Positions 22,530-31,592 of a stretch of 64,000 nucleotides of DNA are shown here, piece by piece. A program made the translations under genes and the position numbers. Position 1 is the stretch's first letter. Each line of letters begins with the position of its first letter. Below the pieces are notes generated by a model, which did not search any database, was not told the origin of the DNA, and was given only the letters and a program-made list of their open reading frames with translations. Location: positions 9,078 through 73,077 of the forward strand of contig CALVYA010000004.1 of NCBI GenBank assembly GCA_944371905.1, given 5' to 3'. This DNA comes from an uncultured Bacilli bacterium (GTDB lineage Bacteria; Bacillota_I; Bacilli_A; RF39; UBA660).

Positions 22530-23738
22530 TTAGTTCTTTTTTTTCATGAAATATATACTACTAATAGATCCAGCTAATCCTAAAGTTAAGATACCAGCAA
22601 AAATCATAATGTTATCACTAGTAGAAGGATTACTTGGATTTTCTACATTCTCACCAAGAATTGCATAATTACTTAAGTGCGTTGTAGTAAATACTGCATA
22701 TCCATCTTCTACTGTAACTGGGAAGGTTTCTTTGATTTCTCCATTTTCTACATACACTGCAGTTAATTTATTATATTTTTGCATATCGTTAGTTAATTTT
22801 ATTCTGATAGTAAATTCTCCATCTTCCATAGGTACTACAACATCACTACCATTTAATACAGAAATATCATATAATCCTAACAATGTTTGTTTTTCTGTTA
22901 CTAATTTTGCTATGTCTTCCTCACTCAAAGAAGAAGTTAAATCTGTTACCTCTAATTTATAATCTCCATTTAAAGTATCTTTAGACTCGAATATAACATT
23001 ATCACTAGTCAAAATATTATTTGATGAGAAAATTACAGCATCATCAGTATAAGTAATCTTCATATCTGTAGTAATATTTTTTTCGATCCATTCTTTTGAT
23101 GGGTATTTATCTTCCGTAGATGTTATGACAGAAGTAAATATCATTACATTCTCTTCATTATAAGTTTGATCTGCTAACTCTGGATTATATTTTTTTAACT
23201 CTTCAAATTGAGATTCTAAATCTTCCATACTTTTTAAGAAAGTACGTTCACCTTCCGCATTTACTATTTGTACAGAAGTTAATTTTTCAGGTATATAATA
23301 CTCTGCTTGATACAATATATTTCCATCTTCATCAGTAACGTAAGTTGGTTCATGCACTAAATTAATAGTTAATGTTCCATTCCCTTTAATAACATAAGAA
23401 ACAGTACCATCTAAATAATTAATAGTATTATTTCCATTTACTAATATCGTAGTATCATTGATTCCACCAGCAAAGTGATAAGCGCTTTTATCTTTTTCAA
23501 AACTCAATACTGTGTCGTTGAAAGAATAAGAAGCAATAACTTCATCAGTTCCCTCTGGATTACAAGTTTTATTGTATAGAGTTAATTCACTTTGTCCTCC
23601 ACCAATACCACAAGTTTTTCCTTCTACACTTCCCCATCCAATTTCGTAATCTTGTTGTACGGTATCAGCACTTACTATCATCGGTAAAACTAATAATGAG
23701 CAACCCAAAGCCCCTAAAATTCTGTTAAATTTTTTCAT
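22530..23738 (-). CDS. Secreted cell-wall-anchored protein with sortase-type motif
   Basis: Signal peptide; C-terminal NPSTSD + hydrophobic helix + KKKN. Confidence 0.7.
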   Translation of the reverse strand: MKKFNRILGALGCSLLVLPMIVSADTVQQDYEIGWGSVEGKTCGIGGGQSELTLYNKTCNPEGTDEVIASYSFNDTVLSFEKDKSAYHFAGGINDTTILVNGNNTINYLDGTVSYVIKGNGTLTINLVHEPTYVTDEDGNILYQAEYYIPEKLTSVQIVNAEGERTFLKSMEDLESQFEELKKYNPELADQTYNEENVMIFTSVITSTEDKYPSKEWIEKNITTDMKITYTDDAVIFSSNNILTSDNVIFESKDTLNGDYKLEVTDLTSSLSEEDIAKLVTEKQTLLGLYDISVLNGSDVVVPMEDGEFTIRIKLTNDMQKYNKLTAVYVENGEIKETFPVTVEDGYAVFTTTHLSNYAILGENVENPSNPSTSDNIMIFAGILTLGLAGSISSIYFMKKKN

Positions 23739-23815
23739 CTATTTCATATCCTCCTTATATAAAAAATATACCTCTATTTTTAAAAAAAATCAAGATAAAA
23801 TACGGTGATAGAGTA

Positions 23816-24505
23816 TTATTTTTTTAATGTTTTTAAATATTCTTTATCTTCCTTACTTACTCGATAAGATTCTATTATTTTTTGAATAGCTTTATTATAA
23901 GTAAATTTATCTAAGTGATTATTTTTTATAAAGGCTAAAGTTTTATTGCGATATTTAACATAACAAACGCTAATTAACCAAGCTTTAGCCATATTAACAT
24001 AGTAATAACTCGATAGTTTTTCTTGATTTAAAATAGATAAAATTTCATCAATATGTTGATCATTCATAAAATGATCCATCATGATAATATACCCTACTCT
24101 ACCTATAAATTCTTGATTAGATTTAATATATTTTTTAGATAAATTGAAATACTTTTTGTCTTTTTTTAACTGTTTCATACTACTAATACACATGTCACAT
24201 ACAGCCCAATTATTAATTTTATATACAAATTTTTCTAAATATTCATCAAATAGTTGATTATCTTTTATTCTTGCTATTACTAGTCCTTCTAATAAACTTT
24301 CTTCATAATATTCATTTTTCAACAAATGAATAAAGTTGATAATTTCGTTTTTGTCTATTTCTTTAGCAATTTTTTTAATAATAGGAGATCTAATTCCTAT
24401 GATTGGACTCGTTGTATTTATTATTTTTTGATTAAATTCTAAATATTTAAGATCTTGAAAAGTAAATAAATATTCTATTAATTCATCGTAACTGTTAAAT
24501 TTCAT
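23816..24505 (-). CDS. DNA alkylation repair protein (AlkD-like HEAT)
   Basis: IIGIRSPIIKKIAK, YYEE, INNWAVCD, YYVNMAKAWLIS, NKAIQKIIESYR. Confidence 0.85.
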   Translation of the reverse strand: MKFNSYDELIEYLFTFQDLKYLEFNQKIINTTSPIIGIRSPIIKKIAKEIDKNEIINFIHLLKNEYYEESLLEGLVIARIKDNQLFDEYLEKFVYKINNWAVCDMCISSMKQLKKDKKYFNLSKKYIKSNQEFIGRVGYIIMMDHFMNDQHIDEILSILNQEKLSSYYYVNMAKAWLISVCYVKYRNKTLAFIKNNHLDKFTYNKAIQKIIESYRVSKEDKEYLKTLKK

Positions 24506-24508
24506 ACA

Positions 24509-25786
24509 TTACTCCTTAATTATTTTCCCTATACAAAATGGATATTCAATTCTATCTATTTTTACGGTTACCAAAGTATTATGAGCAATATTATCCTGAA
24601 TTTTAACTTGCAAATAATTAGTGGTATGTCCAATACTATAATTATCTTTATTGACTTCTACTAATACTTCTACCTCTCGATTTAAAAATTTCTTCATATA
24701 ATGAAGTTCCAATTCTTTAGATAACTTTAATAAAGTCTTAGCTCGTTCTTTCTTTATATCATCATTTATTTGTTCCATCTGGCTAGCTTTTGTTCCATCT
24801 CGTTTAGAATATGGAAATACATGTAATTTAGAGAACCCTATTTCTTTAATCGTATCTATACTATTATTAAAATCTTCTTCTGTTTCTCCAGGATGCCCTA
24901 CAATAATATCAGTAGTAATAGAAACATCTTTTTTTATTTCTTTTATTTGTTGGACCTTATTCTTAAAATATGCTAAATCATATTTACGATTCATTAACTT
25001 TAAAACATGATCGCTAGCTGCTTGTATTGGAATATGAAAGTGATTAACAATAATATCATTATCTTTAATAACTTCTAAAATATCATCGTGTAATTCTGTT
25101 ATTTCAATAGAAGAAATTCTAAGACGTTTTAAGCCTTTGATTTTAACTAATTCTTTTAATAACTCACAAAGATTAGTATTAATATCAGTTCCATAGTTTC
25201 CTGTATGTATCCCTGTTAAAACTATTTCATAAAACCCATTTTTTACTAACTCTTTCACTTCGTGAATTACTGTATTAAAATCTTTAGAACGACACTTACC
25301 ACGTACAAAAGGAATAATACAATAACTGCAGAAATTTTCACACCCATCTTGTATTTTGACAAAAGCCCTTGTTCTAGTAGCAAAAGAATCAATATACATA
25401 TCCTCAAAAGTAGTTCCTAAATCACTATATATATTACTTATTTTCTTTTTGTCTTTATAGAAATTATCAATATACTCAATTATCTTACTTTTATCTTTAT
25501 TTCCTAATAAGATATCAACCTCTTCCATATCTAATTTAGGATTTGCTTGAATATAACATCCAATTGCAATCACTAATGCCTCTTGATTCTTGCGACGTGC
25601 TTGCCTTATTATTTTTCTACTTTTAATATCACTAGTATTAGTTACTGTGCAGGTATTAATAATATAAATATCACATACTTCATTAAAATCACAGATTTCG
25701 TAATTATTTTTCTTTAATAAATTACTAATATATTCACTCTCATAAGTGTTTACTTTACATCCTAAAGTATAAATTCCTACTTTCAT
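24509..25786 (-). CDS. mtaB: tRNA methylthiotransferase MtaB
   Basis: TLGCKVNTYE, INTCTVT, KIQDGCENFCSYC radical SAM motif, LHVFPYSKRDGT. Confidence 0.95.
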   Translation of the reverse strand: MKVGIYTLGCKVNTYESEYISNLLKKNNYEICDFNEVCDIYIINTCTVTNTSDIKSRKIIRQARRKNQEALVIAIGCYIQANPKLDMEEVDILLGNKDKSKIIEYIDNFYKDKKKISNIYSDLGTTFEDMYIDSFATRTRAFVKIQDGCENFCSYCIIPFVRGKCRSKDFNTVIHEVKELVKNGFYEIVLTGIHTGNYGTDINTNLCELLKELVKIKGLKRLRISSIEITELHDDILEVIKDNDIIVNHFHIPIQAASDHVLKLMNRKYDLAYFKNKVQQIKEIKKDVSITTDIIVGHPGETEEDFNNSIDTIKEIGFSKLHVFPYSKRDGTKASQMEQINDDIKKERAKTLLKLSKELELHYMKKFLNREVEVLVEVNKDNYSIGHTTNYLQVKIQDNIAHNTLVTVKIDRIEYPFCIGKIIKE

Positions 25787-25844
25787 ACTGCTCTCCTTTA
25801 CAAATAAAAAAGCTATAACGTTATTATTATAGCATACTTCATAA

Positions 25845-26816
25845 TTATTCTAAATTCTTTCTTAACTCTTTTAATGCGGATAAAAATTCGTTTGTTTTTC
25901 TTATTTCCTCATTTAATTTATCTAAATTGGCTGTTTGTTCCAAAGAAATACTTGATTCTGTAGGTTTTAATCCATAAACAGGAGAAATTACTGGTGTATT
26001 TTTAAAATCTTTATCATCATAAGCCTCTATAGCTGGTTTAATTTTTACTTTAAAGTCAGGCATTGTTATTTTTTCTTCATGTTCTTCCTGTATTACTTCT
26101 TGTTTCTTTTCTTCTTTTACTGGTTCATCTACACTTTTATACAACGCTTCTAATTCTTTAATAGAAATAGGCTCATTACCATCATCTTCATATTGTTCTA
26201 TTTCTTCCTCTGTTATGTTCTTACTTGCTTTAGCCAGTTCCTCTACACTGATAATAGCTTTTTCCTCTTGCTCTTGTTCAAAGGTATTTACTTCTTCTTC
26301 CATTGTTTTTGCTGGCTCTATGATTTCTTGCGGCTTATCTTCAACAATAAGTTCTCTTGTTTCCTCTTTCGGTAATTGAGGATCTTCCTTTTCTTTTATA
26401 GGAGTTTCTTCTTTTACTGGCATTTGATTTTTTTCTTGTTCCATTTTTGCTAATTCTTTTTTTAATGTCTCAAGTTCTAATAAAGCCTTTGTTTTTTCTA
26501 ATTCTTCATCTTCTTCTACATATTTTATTTCATCAATTTCTTCTGTTTTATCTAAATTTCTACTTACTTTGTCTATATTAATGTTTCGTAGTGCATTCTC
26601 ATCTGCTATCATTCCTAATTCGTGATTAGACGTATCAATTTTTATATTAGTGTCTTCTAGAGATCTCTCTTCTTCAAATGCAATATCATCTTTGTTATTT
26701 CTTCTAGATACCATATCAATGATAATAATTGTCATAATTAAAATAAATATAGCGATCATTAAAACTACTACGATGGTTAATTCATTCGTAGATAAAAACT
26801 CTAAAAAGTCTGCCAT
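25845..26816 (-). CDS. Hypothetical membrane-anchored acidic protein
   Basis: N-terminal TM, long Glu-rich region, SPVYG motif near C-terminus. Confidence 0.7.
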   Translation of the reverse strand: MADFLEFLSTNELTIVVVLMIAIFILIMTIIIIDMVSRRNNKDDIAFEEERSLEDTNIKIDTSNHELGMIADENALRNINIDKVSRNLDKTEEIDEIKYVEEDEELEKTKALLELETLKKELAKMEQEKNQMPVKEETPIKEKEDPQLPKEETRELIVEDKPQEIIEPAKTMEEEVNTFEQEQEEKAIISVEELAKASKNITEEEIEQYEDDGNEPISIKELEALYKSVDEPVKEEKKQEVIQEEHEEKITMPDFKVKIKPAIEAYDDKDFKNTPVISPVYGLKPTESSISLEQTANLDKLNEEIRKTNEFLSALKELRKNLE

Positions 26817-26820
26817 AAAC

Positions 26821-27528
26821 TCACCTCATCAATATATAGTTAATAATGCTTAAAACAAATAATGATGCTGTCTCAGTTCTTAAGACTCTAGATCCTAAAC
26901 TGACAGAGATAAATCCATTATTTATAAGGCACTCTTCTTCTTCCTTAGTAAAGCCACCTTCTGGTCCTACTACAATTAATATTCTATCACTTTCTCGAAT
27001 ATTTGATAAGACTGTTTTTATATTTTTTGACAACTCATTTACAGTACATAAAATCTTGTAATCGTACTCTAAGGTAGATAATTCCTTGATATTATAAGCT
27101 TTATTTACTAAAGGTATCTCTAATCTTTTAGACTGTTCACTAGCTTCCTTGACAATTAAATTCCAACGATTTATTTTTCTTTCTTCTTTTTTATCAATTT
27201 TAACTACACTCCTAGTAGTAATCAATGGAATAAATTCTTTTGCTCCTAACTCTGTACCTTTTTGTAAAATATAATCCATCTTTTGTTCTTTCACTAAACT
27301 TTGAGCAATAGTTACATTTAAGAAATTATTACTACTATCTACGGAGGTAACTTTTTTAGCAACTACCAAAGGTGTCAATGAAGTAATTTCTGCTAAATAT
27401 AAGGTATGATTACAAACAATTTCTATAGTAGTCCCAATAGTATATCGCATTACTTTAGTAATATGGTAACTATCATCTTTTGACAAAGTGAATACATCAC
27501 CATCGGTTTTACAAAAATATCTTTGCAT
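26821..27528 (-). CDS. rsmE: 16S rRNA m3U1498 methyltransferase RsmE
   Basis: HITKVMR, QKGTELG, EASEQS, VGPEGGF, RVLRTETA. Confidence 0.95.
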   Translation of the reverse strand: MQRYFCKTDGDVFTLSKDDSYHITKVMRYTIGTTIEIVCNHTLYLAEITSLTPLVVAKKVTSVDSSNNFLNVTIAQSLVKEQKMDYILQKGTELGAKEFIPLITTRSVVKIDKKEERKINRWNLIVKEASEQSKRLEIPLVNKAYNIKELSTLEYDYKILCTVNELSKNIKTVLSNIRESDRILIVVGPEGGFTKEEEECLINNGFISVSLGSRVLRTETASLFVLSIINYILMR

Positions 27529-28397
27529 TAGTCCTCCCTTTGTATAAAATTATATACCTCTTCTATCGTTTGATTAAAATCACTATAATTTACCTCAAAC
27601 CAATTCATATTGAATTGATGATGAAAGAATGTATATTGTCTTTTTGCATAATGTCTAGAATTTTTCTTAATTAGAGTTATTGCTTCCTCAAGAGTTATTT
27701 CATGATTAAAATATCGATATAATTCTTTATAACCTATTCCTGTTTGAATTGCTTTACTATCAATATTTCTTTCATATAACGCTCTAGCTTCTTCTATTAA
27801 TCCTTCTTCTACCATTTCATCTACACGTTTATTAATACGTTCATACAAAGTATTACGATTAGTAGTAAGACCAATAATGGTAAAAGGATACACGATTTCA
27901 TTTCCTAACCCATTAGATTGAGTATGATTATATATTTTAGTAAGTTCGCGTTCCAATCTTTTACGGTTATTAACATGAATCGTAGTATCATGATCTTTTT
28001 TTATTTCATTTAATAGTTCTATATTAGTATAATTAGAAAAATCATAAATTTCTTCTTCATGATTAAAATTATAATTATATAATGCTGCTTTGATGTATAA
28101 ACCTGTCCCCCCTACTATAATTATATTATGCCCTCTTGCCTTTATTTCTTCTATTTTTTTTCGACAATCTTTCTGATAATCATATACAGTATAATTATAA
28201 GTTACGGGAACAATATCAAATAAATGATGAAGAATTCCCTGTTTTTCTTTATCTTTTATCTTAGCAGTTGCAATATCTAACCCTTGATATACTTGCATCG
28301 AATCTCCATTAATAATTTCTGCATTTAATCTTTTAGCAAGTTCTATAGACATTTTCGTTTTACCTACTCCTGTGGGTCCTGTAATCACAAGAATCAC
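27528..28397 (-). CDS. miaA: tRNA dimethylallyltransferase
   Basis: GPTGVGKT, DSMQVY, VGGTGLY, IGYKE, YAKRQYT. Confidence 0.96.
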   Translation of the reverse strand: MILVITGPTGVGKTKMSIELAKRLNAEIINGDSMQVYQGLDIATAKIKDKEKQGILHHLFDIVPVTYNYTVYDYQKDCRKKIEEIKARGHNIIIVGGTGLYIKAALYNYNFNHEEEIYDFSNYTNIELLNEIKKDHDTTIHVNNRKRLERELTKIYNHTQSNGLGNEIVYPFTIIGLTTNRNTLYERINKRVDEMVEEGLIEEARALYERNIDSKAIQTGIGYKELYRYFNHEITLEEAITLIKKNSRHYAKRQYTFFHHQFNMNWFEVNYSDFNQTIEEVYNFIQRED

Positions 28398-28405
28398 AAT
28401 ATCAC

Positions 28406-28984
28406 CTACTTCTTTACTCTTTGATTATAATAATCATAAGTTAATAAATAGATACGGTTTTTAGAACCAATATTACTTTCTATAGCCTCTGTTACGTATC
28501 CGTTTTTTAATAAAAAATCTTTTAATTGACGATAATGAGCTTTTACTTCTCTAAACAAATCTGTCTTTTTCTCAGTACATATACCTACAGAAAAAGAGCC
28601 ACAAGTTAATACTTGATAAATTTGTTCTAAAGTATCACTATAGTAACCATTACATATATAATGCATTTGTACTTTACCAGGTTGACCTTTAGTAAGGGTG
28701 AATTTATCAAAATCACTAATCATAATTAGACGATTATTACCTAAAAAATTAGAAACAGATAATTCTCCACTAAGTGCACTTTCTAATACAAAGGTATCCG
28801 TATTAACCCTATCATTGTCTTTAAGACATTGAGCAAATAAATTATTTCTATGTTCTTGTTCACTATGCCACTTACTATATTTTAAAGGATCTAAAAATGC
28901 TTTTCCTTCTAAATATTCATAATACATATCTAAATTATCATATACATCCATAAAAAACTTTCTTAGATGTTTATCACTTTCCAT
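28406..28984 (-). CDS. Hypothetical protein
   Basis: Long ORF with SD GAGGTG before ATG 28984; no recognisable family. Confidence 0.7.
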   Translation of the reverse strand: MESDKHLRKFFMDVYDNLDMYYEYLEGKAFLDPLKYSKWHSEQEHRNNLFAQCLKDNDRVNTDTFVLESALSGELSVSNFLGNNRLIMISDFDKFTLTKGQPGKVQMHYICNGYYSDTLEQIYQVLTCGSFSVGICTEKKTDLFREVKAHYRQLKDFLLKNGYVTEAIESNIGSKNRIYLLTYDYYNQRVKK

Positions 28985-29372
28985 GTCTTCACCTCTATAG
29001 AGGTTATAATAACACATAAGTCTTTAAAGTACAATAACAGTATTTGCCAAAATAATAGAAAAGAACTTATAGATGGTTATTAGTAATGTGTAGATGTTAC
29101 TACGCCTTAGATTATTGCTACCAGCGATTCTACTACTATATTATACCATTTTAGTACTATCAAATCTACTGTCAATGCTAATTTAGATTATTTTTCTTCT
29201 ATGTATTCTCTTGTTTGTCTTTCTACTCTTTATGATATTTAAAAAAATTAAATATCTAAAGTTTTTTTGTCGTGCTTTATTGTATTTAAAAAATGTAACT
29301 TTTTCAACATTATAAGTTACATTTTTATCTTTTTATTGTTATTTTTACTAATTCGTACATGATTGGTCGTAC

Positions 29373-29429
29373 TTTTATCTTTATTTTTTCTTATTTTTCA
29401 ATTCTTTTTTAAAACTGCCCGTTATTCAG
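29373..29429 (-). repeat. Conserved 3' flank shared with paralog 2 (40010-40067)
   Basis: ~57 nt, differing by one substitution and one indel. Confidence 0.85.
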
Positions 29430-31413
29430 TAATTATATAAGGCTCAGAACTAGTGCCATCTCCTTGGATAATTTCAACATCAGCACTTAAATTAATGACC
29501 GGGCGGACACCTCCAACAATATTAACATTGCCATAGTTATCTATGCCTCCAAAGGAACCAATACTACCAGCATGAGCTATACCTTCAGAAAAATCAATAG
29601 GACTCATTGTCCAATACCAAGCTCCTGTATATAGAAAATAATCATTATTTTCTCTTACTAATCCTCCACCCGCATACATTCCTTCATCTAATGTTATTAA
29701 TCCTATTGGATAATCTAATGCTTTATTTCCTTTATTACTACTACTAGTTGTATACAAATCATTACTTTGTGGGCATCCAAACCGTGGCGCGAATTCATCG
29801 ATTCTGTTAACTAAACTATACATAGTTTCATTTTGAGCATATCCTGATCCATCAAATACACTTCTATCACCGCAGAAACCACTATCTGATAAAAATTTAG
29901 TATAACTTAGTAAATTTTCTTTATACCAAGCATCTAAATATAATTTCATTACACTATCATGGGTATTAATATGTGTTGAATCATAATTATTACCTCCTGC
30001 CTCGCCATACATATATCCTACATAGGCATTATCATTGTAAGCAGTATTACAAGCACTTTTTCCTATCGTGGCTTCGTTTCCTGTCGCCCTAGAATTTGTA
30101 CCTTGATAAATGAGTCTTATTGACTCATCTTCATTAATTCTTATAATCCTCCAGTAAAATCCTGCAAAATATACATAATTATTCTCTACTGCTCCCCTAA
30201 AATAATACGTTGTCTTATTATCTTCCGTATTCTTGTTTGTATAGTATAATCCCGTCGTTCCATCCTCTTCACTCGTTTTACTAAAATCGATATTGGTATC
30301 TATTTGGGCTATGTTATCTTTTAATATTGCTATATTTAAATATGGTATCTTCTCTACATTACTTTTTAATGTTATTATTACTGGCCTTATTCTTTTTGCT
30401 GTAGTAGCTGAAGCTGTTGTTATTGTACTTCCATTAAAGTAATAAACAGTATTATTGCTGGTTCCTTTAGTCATTAACCAAAAGTTATAATTATTGGTTG
30501 TTGGTACCCAACTAGGAATTCCTCTTTTTGTTAGGTCATCATATTCTTCTTTCGTTAATAGTCTTGCTGTGGTTCCTGCTATATTCCCTCCATTATTCTT
30601 GATACTATTCTTGATATATGTTTCTACCGTATTCTTAACATAATATCCTATGTTATTTGTATCAAACTGATCATATTCATTCGTATTGTTACTATCAAAA
30701 GCTTTTGTATAAGTTCCATTCGTGGATACACTTCCATTACTACTTACTGTATTTTCACTTACTAGGGTTACTTTATCTTCATTACTAGAACTATTTTTAG
30801 TAACATACCAAATAGTGCCATCGATCAATCGAACCGCTTCTCCTACTTCATAAATTTCATACTCTCCTTCACTACTTCCTCCGGAACTACTTGGTTTACT
30901 ATTATCTATATAAATAAACGTTAGCATTAATTCTTTTTTTGTTTCACTGATATTCGTTACTCCACTTTTATATTTGATTGTTACTTTGGCTGTATTGGTC
31001 TCTCCTGGAGCTAAGGTTGTTACTTCTTCTTCTATCCCACTAATCTCATAAGTAATATTACTGTTCTCATCTTCAATTATTTCAATGTCATTTAATTTGG
31101 CTGGAATATTCCCTTGATTAGATAAAGTAATAGTATAAGTGATGGTAGAACTTGACGTTGGTAAGTTAGCATTTAAGGTTACTGTATTACTTACATAGTT
31201 ACTACTGATACTTGTAGCACTATTCGTTACCGTATTGGTTACCTTTGTTACCTTTACTATCCAACTTCTATCGATACTTGCTATTCCGTCTAGTTCTATA
31301 TATTGACTTAAAGCGGCATCCCCTAGGCTCATTACAAATACCACAAGACATAAGGATAACACTAGTATTCGCCTTTTTGTAAAGAACCTTTTTATTCTCT
31401 TCGTTGTTACCAA
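29422..31413 (-). CDS. Secreted TasA-like / CLec-like (DUF6273-like) surface protein, paralog 1; start codon doubtful
   Basis: N-terminal hydrophobic signal + LAPGETNTAKVTI Ig-like domain; YFRGAVENNYV, YPIGLITLDE, GVRPVINL, GDGTSSEPY. Confidence 0.75.
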   Translation of the reverse strand: MVTTKRIKRFFTKRRILVLSLCLVVFVMSLGDAALSQYIELDGIASIDRSWIVKVTKVTNTVTNSATSISSNYVSNTVTLNANLPTSSSTITYTITLSNQGNIPAKLNDIEIIEDENSNITYEISGIEEEVTTLAPGETNTAKVTIKYKSGVTNISETKKELMLTFIYIDNSKPSSSGGSSEGEYEIYEVGEAVRLIDGTIWYVTKNSSSNEDKVTLVSENTVSSNGSVSTNGTYTKAFDSNNTNEYDQFDTNNIGYYVKNTVETYIKNSIKNNGGNIAGTTARLLTKEEYDDLTKRGIPSWVPTTNNYNFWLMTKGTSNNTVYYFNGSTITTASATTAKRIRPVIITLKSNVEKIPYLNIAILKDNIAQIDTNIDFSKTSEEDGTTGLYYTNKNTEDNKTTYYFRGAVENNYVYFAGFYWRIIRINEDESIRLIYQGTNSRATGNEATIGKSACNTAYNDNAYVGYMYGEAGGNNYDSTHINTHDSVMKLYLDAWYKENLLSYTKFLSDSGFCGDRSVFDGSGYAQNETMYSLVNRIDEFAPRFGCPQSNDLYTTSSSNKGNKALDYPIGLITLDEGMYAGGGLVRENNDYFLYTGAWYWTMSPIDFSEGIAHAGSIGSFGGIDNYGNVNIVGGVRPVINLSADVEIIQGDGTSSEPYIITE

Positions 31414-31439
31414 CTCCGTTTTAGTTTATCTCTTATATC

Positions 31440-31470
31440 ATTATACCCCCCCCCCCCAGAAAATTTTCAA
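31440..31470 (-). promoter_or_regulatory. Poly-G (G12) spacer promoter of paralog 1
   Basis: Minus strand TTGAAA(31470-31465)-19 nt incl. G12(31457-31446)-TATAAT(31445-31440). Confidence 0.8.
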
Positions 31471-31586
31471 CAAAAATTTTTAGGGATCTTACATTATTTG
31501 ACAGGGTACATTATCTTATAATTTTATTTTATCAAATAAACTTTCTCTTTTAAATACTCCTGCACCCTATAAATTTCAACAAAAAA
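31440..31586 (-). repeat. ~147-bp conserved upstream element shared with 41578-41725
   Basis: Colinear high-identity non-coding alignment by eye. Confidence 0.85.
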
Positions 31587-31592
31587 GAACAA

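Noticed and set aside
29070-29136. Imperfect repeats (GTAGTAGAATC/GTAGTAACATC) as a type III toxin-antitoxin antitoxin array
   Set aside because: Spacing is irregular (17, 21, 33 nt), the units are not tandem, and the downstream protein shows no ToxN/AbiQ features I can recognise.
31499-31523. Plus-strand TTGACA...TATAAT inside the conserved upstream element (also at ~41637), a possible antisense promoter
   Set aside because: Spacing is only 13 nt, too short for sigma-A.
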